The notes beneath the pieces were generated by a model, which had not been told where the DNA came from, did not search any database, and was given only the letters and a program-made list of their open reading frames with translations. From contig NW_024704743.1 of assembly GCF_018977255.1 (NCBI RefSeq), positions 30,816,001 through 30,880,000 of the forward strand: DNA of 64,000 nt, read 5' to 3'. Both the position numbers and the translations under genes were made by a program. The stretch comes from Callorhinchus milii (lineage: Eukaryota). This document shows positions 12,661-21,235 of the stretch, piece by piece. Every line of letters starts with the position of its first letter. The stretch's first letter is position 1.

Positions 12661-13620
12661 GCTTTGCTCTCGCCCCCCTCCACTCACACACACACACACA
12701 CACTCTCTCTCTCTCTGTCTCTCTCCTTTTGCTCTGGGTGGGCACCGCAAAAAAAAAGCTATATCAGTAGCAGCTTTTTTTTGGGGGGGGAGGGAGGGAG
12801 AGAGGGAGGGAGAGGGTGGGTTGGGGGTGGGGGTGGGGTGGGGGGTAGGGGGGGGTGGGGGGTTAACTTGGTACTTTTCTTTTTTTTTAAAAGAAACACA
12901 CACACACACACACCAAAAATAAAAAAAAACCAAGAGAATGCTTATTGCCCAGGAGCTGCTTTAAGAGCTCAGTTGTATTGCAAATACGTATACATATGCA
13001 CACACATGCATATATATATCATATATATTTTGTTGTTGTTGTTGTTGTTGTTGTTGCTTTGCTGCTTCTTTTTTTCTTCTATTCTATACATATAATACAA
13101 CAACTAAAGAAAAAAAAAAACAACCCCAAAAAGCCGGTTGGGTTCCCCTTGGAGTTCCAGTTCGCAGGCACGAAGCTCTCGGCCGGCCGGCCAGCCAGTC
13201 AGTCAGCCTGGTCTGGTCTGCCTTGTCTGGTCTTGTCCTGTCTGCCTGTCTGCCTGTCTTCTGGGCTGCATGTGCAATGTAATGCATGTGAGGAGTTAGT
13301 GTGGGCACCACCTTCCCCCTCGGACCATGCGAGAAGACTGCGTTACATAAAAAACTTGTGGCCGCGGCTTAAGCCCAGACGCGAACTCGCGTCTTCTTTA
13401 TCCAGTCCCTGCCATTGTGACGTCGGCCCCAAGGTGTCCCGGCCCCAGCCAATCAGGCGCCGCCCCTCGGCCCCGACCGCGTCTGTTTCCAGCCCGGCCC
13501 GGCCCGGCCCCGCCCCCCGCCGCAGCCCATTGGTCGGCGGCCGCCGAGCGCCTGCAATCACAAGCGCCGCGGCTGACCTCATCCCCCCCCCCCCCCCCCC
13601 CCCACTCACTCCACACTGGC
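11420..13620. promoter_or_regulatory. CpG island over the SOX4 CDS and promoter
   Basis: Very high GC and CpG density by eye, interrupted by simple repeats in the 5' leader. Confidence 0.8.
13340..13620 (-). promoter_or_regulatory. SOX4 proximal promoter
   Basis: TATA-like GATAAAGA on the minus strand (13395-13402), CRE-like TGACGTCG (13418-13425), CCAAT boxes at 13449-13453 and 13529-13533, and a GC box at 13508-13515, ~700-900 bp upstream of the ATG. Confidence 0.7.
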
Positions 13621-13699
13621 GGCTTAAAGGGGGGCTGTGACCAACATGTACTGCTCTCCTCCTCCTTCTTCTTCTTCTTCTTCGGTCTCTTTCCTTCCT

Positions 13700-14208
13700 T
13701 CCCCCTCTCTCTCTCTCTCTCTCCCCACCACCCACCCACCCACCCACAGTCTCCCCCCCTCTCTCTCTCTCCCCACCCACCCACCCACCCACAGTCTCCC
13801 CCTCTCTCTCTCTCTCCCCACCACCCACCCCCAGTCTCCCCCTCTCTCTCTCTCCCCACCACCCACCCACCCACAGTCTCCCCCTCTCTCTCTCTCTCCC
13901 CACCACCCACCCACCCACAGTCTCCCCCTCTCTTCTCTCTCTCCCCCACCACCCACCCACAGTCTCCCCCTCTCTCTCTCTCTCCCCACCACCCACCCAC
14001 CCACAGTCTCCCCCTCTCTCTCTCTCTCCCCACCACCCACCCACCCACAGTCTCCCCCTCTCTCTCTCTCTCCCCACCACCCACCCACCCACAGTCTCCC
14101 CCTCTCTCTCTCTCTCTCCCCACCACCCACCCACAGTCTCCCCCTCTCTCTCTCTCTCCCCACCACCCACCCACCCACAGTCTCCCCCTCTCTCTCTCTC
14201 TCTCTCCC
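13700..14208. repeat. ~40-bp minisatellite, about 12 copies: (CT)n-CCCCACCACCCACCCACCCACAGTCTCCCCC
   Basis: Tandem array visible directly. Units differ only in their CT and CCCA counts. Confidence 0.95.
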
Positions 14209-14822
14209 CGGCATTACATTAAACCTGTTATTTTATGCAGCCTGTCCCAACTCCCCCCCCCCCCTTTGCTTTTTTCCCCCCCCTCCTTTCTCTCTCTCTC
14301 TCTCTCTCTCTCGCTGTCTCTTCCCCCCCCCCCCCTCCCCAGTATTCCAGCTGTAAAAACTACTGTGTGCACTCGATTGCAAACCTTCCCCAACTCTCTC
14401 CTCCCGGTCTCGAGCTAAGACCGGCGCACATGCAATTATGTGCAGTCTGATCTCAACCGCTTCTGCCCCTCCAGCACTTTTAAGTTAAAACTGTATTATG
14501 TATTGCATGCAGTCTGGCGAACCTCCCCTTTCTCCTCTCGCTCTTTCCCTCTCCCCCCCCCCCCCCCTCTCTCCCTTCTGCCATTAAGTTAAAACTGCAT
14601 TATTACAGGCAAGACTGTCCGATCTTCCCCTTCTCACTTGCTCTATATCGCTCTCTGCAACCCCCCACACCCCCACCCACCTCCCCCCTGGCATTAAATT
14701 AAACCTGATTATATGCAATCCTATTCAACCTCCCTCCCCCCCCACCCCCACCCCCACCCCCCCCTCTCTGTCATTAAATTAAAACTGCATTATTATATGG
14801 GAGTCCATCCAACCTCCCCTTC
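14208..14822. repeat. Spaced degenerate AT-rich repeats (cattaa(a/g)ttaaa(a/c)ctg..ttat..), 5 clear copies
   Basis: Copies start near 14210, 14475, 14580, 14690 and 14770, separated by C/T tracts. Confidence 0.7.
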
Positions 14823-14947
14823 CCCAGTAAACCATGGACTTCGTCCATCCCACCAGTTGAGACTCCCAGAATCTTTTCCCATCTGGACCTTTCCTTGGGA
14901 TGTCTTTACAACCCCTCTCGCTTCTCGCCCGCATCACCGACACACGC

Positions 14948-14978
<31 letters not shown>

Positions 14979-16624
14979 CCCTCTCTCCCTCTTTCGGGAG
15001 ACTTGATCGATCGATCGATATTAAATTTGGCGAAATCGACACCGGGGGCTACATGTCCGAATGAGTTTGTGCTGCAGCTTCGAGCTGACCCGAACACAGT
15101 GAAATTAGTCAAAGGATTTTTACAAGGTGTGCTGAATAGTTTTTTTTCCCCCTATATCATCCAATATGTTTCTACCTCTGGTCGGCGTGATATTAAACGA
15201 GACAGAGCGTTTACCCTGTGATTTTACAGTCACACTCGTGGTTCGTTTCTGCAAGACGTTGCTGTCTTATGCGGATAAGGGGTTGCTGTCCTGGGCGATG
15301 GGGTGGGGGTGGGGGGAGGGGGGGGGGGGTTGAACGTGATGGGATGGGATAACCGTTGCACATGGGTGCATGAGGTTAATACATGTCGTGCATCAAGTGG
15401 GCTGGACGTGTTGCGAGAGGCGTGTGGACTGCCCAGCAAACCACTCCGTGCAGAGAATAAAAAGCTTCAGCCGAATTGAAACTGCTCGGGTCTCGCATCC
15501 GTGACACAGTGCCCACGCAACTTGTCCCGCGTTTGGGTAGAAAACTTTCACGTCTCGTTCCTGCTCGGCGTTTGCAATGTTCAGATGAGAGTTCCCAACG
15601 CGCAAATAAGAGCAACTCCACGTCCAGCAAACGGTCTGCGATCATATCCGGATCCCCGATGGGTCTGACTTCACGTTTCTCTGTGGCGCACACTCTTGAG
15701 GGGGCTCAGTCCCCCCCCACCCCACCCCACCCCCCACCCACCACTTTTTTTTGTGAGACGTGGGGGAATCATGAAAATTGTTCAGGGCAAAAAAAAATAG
15801 AAGTGGTTCCGATCCACCCACAATCGCAGAGGGGTTTAAAAAAAAATCTCCGGGTGGGGGGGGGGGGAAACGTCTGATAAAAGTGGTCTCGAACCCTTTC
15901 TCTGGATTGTTTTACTAAAGTCGAGCCCTGTTGGTCAGGGACGCGAGGTGGCAGTACTGTGCCTGTGTAGAGAAAGCAGAGAGGGAGGGAGTGAGGGAGT
16001 GCTGTACCTTTAAACCCTGCCTTGTGCGAGTGAGTGTGTGGGGGGGGGGGTGGGGGGGTTGTAGGAGAGTGAACCAAATGAAACAGGGTTTACATTTTGC
16101 TGCTGCACTGTCACCACTGGGATCAAACAGTCATAGCTTTATACAGAGGGATTGGATCTTTTCTGCTCGTTGAGGATTCCCCCACTCCACCCCCCACCCA
16201 CCCCCCACCAGTCATGGTTTCTCAGACCCCCTGTCTTCATAACAGGCTGAGCCCTTACAGACAACGTGTTGTGTTGAAACAAGATATTCGTTACCAAGGG
16301 GAGTAAAGACAGGTCACCCACTCACTTCGCGGGTAAAGGGGGTTACGTGCTCGGTAACGTGAAACTACTGTTTCTGTTAATCCACACGGTGATATACCTG
16401 AATCAGTGCTGATCTCATTTTTTTTTAGCTTAAAAAAAAACACAAGGCGGTCCGTTCTGTTAATGCTGACCAGCCTGGAGCTGAGCCGAACCAATCCATC
16501 CTCAATTACACCAGCGACTCATGGCCTGGACAGCTAAGTTGCACGCTAACATCGAACGGGGGGCATTGGGTTCCGTGTTCACCCCGAAGAGGTCGAGGGT
16601 TTGTTTCGTGCGTGGTTAATAAAA

Positions 16625-16843
16625 ATCATCATCATAATAATCATCGCATTTGATATAGCGCTTTTCACGTCGGGAGGACGTCCCAAAGCGCTACGCAGAA
16701 CACACTGTAAAGTGAATTGACTGTATATTTGTGGGCGAACGCGGCAGCCAATTGCGCACAGCAATGTCCCACAAACAGTCGTAGATTGAAAATGACCAAT
16801 TTATTATTGTTTTTTGGTTTTGGAGGGATTATTATTAGGCGTG
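16625..16843 (-). mobile_element. Young tRNA-derived SINE, headless copy
   Basis: Near-identical to the 3' two-thirds of the copy at 42866-43195. Confidence 0.9.
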
Positions 16844-17354
16844 TTTGGGAGAATGGGAAATAAAGAGAGAGACACACATGCACACTCGCACACACACATA
16901 TATATACATAGGAGATGATGTCGTGCGAGACGTCTCATGTTGATTTGTTACTGGATAATGAATTGACAACTTTGGGATATAATACCCAAATGCAACCCCA
17001 CCCCCTCCCCCGGAATTTATACGTTTCACATTCCAGGTATGAATACGACTAAGACTTTGCTTCATTCATCACATCGACTGTCATGGTATCCCATATGCAT
17101 CATAGGTAGGTGGCAGGTAAAATGACAGGACTCTCAATGGGGAACGTCCCGGACCTGTCAGACAAATTTTAACCCCGTTTGTCCAGAAATTGGGACAGAG
17201 GACCGTATAAAGGCAAAGATAACCTGCACCTCTACATCTATCCCGAAATCTTACTCTGCTCGCCCCTTGTACATCAGCGTTAACATCAATTACAGCAATA
17301 GCAACATTGCCCTGAGGCATGCTAGAATATGAATAAAGTTTCACCCACATAATG

Positions 17355-17575
17355 CAGTCCATCACTTTACAGCATATTCTGTGAAGAGCTTTGAGACGTC
17401 TCGAATACGCGATAACAACAACAACATTGCATTTGTCTCTGTCCAGCACCTTGGGACGTCCTCCCGACGTGAAAGGCGCTATACAAATATAATCTTGTTG
17501 ATGTTGTTGTATAGCGCCTTTCATGTCGGGAGGACAGGAGCTATATCAAATGCAATGATTATTATTATTATTATT
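17355..17575 (+). mobile_element. SINE tail interrupted by nested L2-type tail fragments
   Basis: The SINE tail is split at gata^agg by inserted tail pieces. Confidence 0.7.
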
Positions 17576-17757
17576 ACTACAGAGTGGTTTGTTTCCTTGC
17601 CATTGCATAAGGTACGGTAAGAAAGCCCGTGGTAATAAAACAAATCAAGAGGTACAATGACACGAGGGTTAAGGGGCTGACGCCCAGCAGGAACGCCAGC
17701 CTTTCCGGGGCACCTGGAGGCCAAGTTCGGACCGGAGAAGTAAGTTCCTCTCGTTAT

Positions 17758-17976
17758 CACACGCCTAATAATAATCCCTCCAAAAAACAAAACAATAATA
17801 AATTGGTCATTTTCAATCTACGACTGTTTGTGGGACATTGCTGTGCGCAATTGGCTGCCCTTTTCGCCCACAAATTATACAGTCAATTCACTTTACAGTG
17901 TGTTCTGTGAAGCGCTTTGGGACGTCCTCCCGACGTGAAAAGCGCTATATCAAATGCAAGGATTATTATTATTATT
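17758..17976 (+). mobile_element. Young tRNA-derived SINE, headless copy
   Basis: Near-identical to 42965-43195, with a (TTA)n tail. Confidence 0.9.
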
Positions 17977-18511
17977 ACCATGCTTGCCCAGCTAATCCCT
18001 ACATAATAATGATATATTATAATCCCTACATGTGTGTCACCACTCTGCTACATGCCGACTCCTCGCCCTCTCTCTACCTCTCAACACCCCCCCCCCCCCC
18101 CCACCACCACCCGGACGTGCACTCGAACAGGACGAGATCCAGCAAACGGAACCAATCAATCACATCAGACTGGGCTCGGGGCAGACCCGGGACAGCAGCG
18201 CTACTGGAGACCACACCAACAACTCTCTGGGCTCGAACCACTGGCAGAGCAGCCAGGCATCGAGCCTGTAGGCTGCCACCCTGCAATCTGAGCACCGTGC
18301 ACTCACTCACTCACTACTGTGGCGTTTGTCACGGGACAGCTGTGCGATTGGAAACCGTGCCGGGCAAAACTGGACAAGGCTCTGGGCTCCGAAAGGTGCA
18401 TTCGGCTGGAGTCTTAATCCAGTACAACTTTAAACTGGAAGACTGTCTAAAGAATCTTGTCTCTAGGCAGTGCTTAAAATCCAACTGAATGATCCCCACC
18501 CAGATGATATA

Positions 18512-18722
18512 ACACCCTAATAATAATCCCATCCCAAAAAGATAATAATAAATTGGTCATTTTCAATCTACGACTGTTTGTGGGACATTGCTGTGCGCAA
18601 TTGGCTGCTGTGTTCGCCCACAAATATACAGTCAATTCACTTTACAGTATATTCTGTGTAGCGCTTTGGGACGTCGAGAAGACGTGAAAAGCGCTATATC
18701 AAATGCAAGGATTATTATTATA
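18512..18722 (+). mobile_element. Young tRNA-derived SINE, headless copy
   Basis: Same body and (TTA)n tail as the other young copies. Confidence 0.9.
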
Positions 18723-19383
18723 TGAGAGAGCAGCGTGCCACCGAAACAGTGTTGGCCACTGCTACTGCGGGGCCGTTTGTACCAAATGCAAAGGTGAATG
18801 CCATAGATAACGCAAGGTAACCCGGAGCAGGATTCGGTCAGACGTTCAATCATTCATCCCGTGTCAGCTAACGTTTGTTGCTTTATGTCAACCTAACGAT
18901 CCTGTACGTCACCCACCCGACCACGCGTTATTACAAAAGCCAAAATACTGTCGCTGTAACCGCACGACCGCCCACGAGCTGTACGTACGACTGCTAATGC
19001 ATCCGCAAAGTTAGCGAAGAAGGACAACTACCACAACACAGCTCGGACCCCCGAAAAGCTTGGGCTACTGACGACGTCTGATTTCAATTGCCCGAATAAT
19101 AATAATCCTTAATAATAATATTAAGAGAGGGGGTAGGGGGGGGGGGGTGGGAAGTTCAGTGAATTGTTGCTGCAAAGTTGTGGTGCAGAGCGGAGGCTTC
19201 TTCTTCTTCTTCTGCTGCTGCTGCTTCTTTCTTTCTCTCTCTCTCTCTTATCTCTTTCTCTCCAATTTGTGAAACGCCTTCCTCTAAATTGCAAGCACAA
19301 TGGTCGTTGACAAGAAAAAAAAAGGATGGCGGGTGGGTACCTTTGCACACACAATGCCTGCCTGCCTGCCAGCCTCTGAGCAC

Positions 19384-19414
<31 letters not shown>

Positions 19415-19439
19415 CCTCCTTCCCTCCCTCCCTCCCTCT

Positions 19440-19760
19440 CTGGCTGAGCTGCTTCTGCTCTGGTGCCGAGAGGTTGAGAGCTGCAGCTGACACGCGAGAC
19501 CTGTCAATCAAGGGGCACGTGCGGCGGCGGCCGCGGCGGCGTCACAGGTGCGCGCGCGGGGGGGCGGGGCCGGAGGGGCAGGTAGTTTGGCTGCACGTGG
19601 CCACGCGCCGCCGCTCGCGCTCACCTGGTCTGATACGCCCCGGGGCAGTAGCCCAATGGTGGGTGTGGGCGGGGCGGGGGCTGGATTGGGCGGGTTCACG
19701 CCCAACCTGGGGCGGGTTTTTGTTGGCACCTGCGCGTGCGCCCCCCCTCCCCCCCCCCCA
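19440..19760. promoter_or_regulatory. Upstream CpG island / promoter-like element
   Basis: TGATTGACAG on the minus strand (19501-19510), CACGTG at 19516-19521 and 19594-19599, GC boxes at 19561-19570 and 19667-19680, CCAAT at 19653-19657 and ATTGG at 19685-19689. Confidence 0.75.
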
Positions 19761-19888
19761 AAAAAAAAGCCTGGATTTTTTTTAAAAAAAATTCTTTTTC
19801 ATTGAAAGCTGCCAAATCTCCCCCCCCCCACACACACCCCACTTTAAAGAGATTGCACTTACAATTTCAAAAGCACTGACATTTATAT

Positions 19889-20211
19889 ATAATAATAATA
19901 ATAATCCTTGCATTTGATATAGCGCTTTTCACGTCTTCTCGACGTCCCAAAGCGCTTCACAGAACACACTGTAAAGTGAATTGACTGTATATTTGTGGGC
20001 GAACGCGGCAGCCAATTGCGCACAGCAATGTCCCACAAACAGTCGTAGATTGAAAATGACCAATTTATTATTGTTTTTGGTTTTGGAGGGATTATTATTT
20101 GGCTCTGTGTGGAATAAGGAAACTTGCCCAAGGTTTCGCCCTCTGCCTGGAATTGAACTCAGGTCTCTCACTTGCAAAGCGAGTGCTCTAACCACTGAGC
20201 TACAGGACTCC
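19889..20211 (-). mobile_element. Full-length young tRNA-derived SINE (short subfamily) with target-site duplication
   Basis: A box TAGCTCAGTGG, B box GAGTTCAATTCC and a (TTA)n tail. The flanking sequence atttatatataa occurs at 19881-19892 and 20216-20227. Confidence 0.92.
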
Positions 20212-20241
20212 CTGTATTTATATATAAATATATTGGGTCAA

Positions 20242-20468
20242 GTGAGTAGGAACCCGGTTGTTAGTCGACTGGCGGATTGCTTTTCCGTTTCAAAAAAAAA
20301 TAATAATTTGGCCACTTCAATCCACGACTGCCTGTGGGACGCTGCTGCGCGCAATCGGCTGCCGCGTTTCGTCCACAAAAATGTACAGTCTATTCTGTGA
20401 AGCTTTGAGACGTCTTGAAGACGTGATAAGGCGCGATATCAAATGCAATGATTACTATTATTATTATT
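20242..20468 (+). mobile_element. tRNA-derived SINE (long subfamily), 5'-truncated
   Basis: Matches the body of the copy at 39968-40347. Confidence 0.85.
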
Positions 20469-20869
20469 CATCTAAACCGGTCACTCTGTCACCCGTAGAA
20501 GGCAACACATGATATTGGGTTACTTTTGGCCTAGTATTTGGCTGCCGCTGTGGGTTACAAATGTATAACGCGCTCCGAGACGCCATCGAGCGTGAAGGAC
20601 TCTATATAAATGCAAGTTGTTGTTGTTGCATTTTAACTTCTGGCAAACCTGCAGGAGCGCCGGCTCGTCTGCCTGTCCCCTGCACCACCACACCCCAGTG
20701 CATTGCTTTACTGGGTTTATTATTATTATTTACACAGCTTCAGTGCTAAGGGAGGAAACTGCAGCCTGTCTGCTTTGAAGGTGTGGGTGTAAGTGGAAAA
20801 TAAATTATTTTGTCAAGACTGGCAGCAGTATGCAATTAGGTATCTATCGTACGCAATTAGGTGTCTACA

Positions 20870-21235
20870 AAATAAATAATCCTCGCATTTGATATTAGCG
20901 CCTTTCACGTCAGCAGGACATCTTAAAAAGTCTCCCAGGATACACTGTGAAGTGGAGCGACTATGTATTTTGTACGGGAACACAGCAGCCAATTTGCACA
21001 TAGCAATGTCCAGCAAATAGCCATGGAGTGAGTAACCAATTTTCTTAGGAGGATTGTTGGTTAGGATGCCAGGAGAATCTTCCTTATCTTTTCAAATAGT
21101 TTTGTGGGTTTTCAAACAGTTTTAAGACCTACCCTGAATATTCAGACTGAACTTCGGTTTAACATCTCATCTGAAAAATGGCACCTCCAACCAAGCAGCA
21201 CATTGGAGTGTCAGACTAGACTTGGGGTCCACACC
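20870..21235 (-). mobile_element. Older Deu-domain-type SINE
   Basis: Shares the tail and the central domain seen at 41570-41895. Confidence 0.7.

Noticed and set aside
12661..12933. 91-aa N-terminal extension of SOX4 in the ORF track
   Set aside because: It starts at TTG and is made of microsatellite translations. The conserved SOX4 start MVQQ is at 12660.
11512..13095. 527-aa antisense ORF and other overlapping ORFs
   Set aside because: These are shadow frames of a GC-rich CDS plus simple repeats, with low complexity and no recognisable domain. Non-coding antisense transcription cannot be judged from sequence.
13343..14418. Long ORFs in multiple frames
   Set aside because: They are translations of a stop-free minisatellite.
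14208..14822. CRISPR-like repeat-spacer appearance
   Set aside because: This is vertebrate DNA with degenerate repeats, uneven low-complexity spacers and no cas genes.
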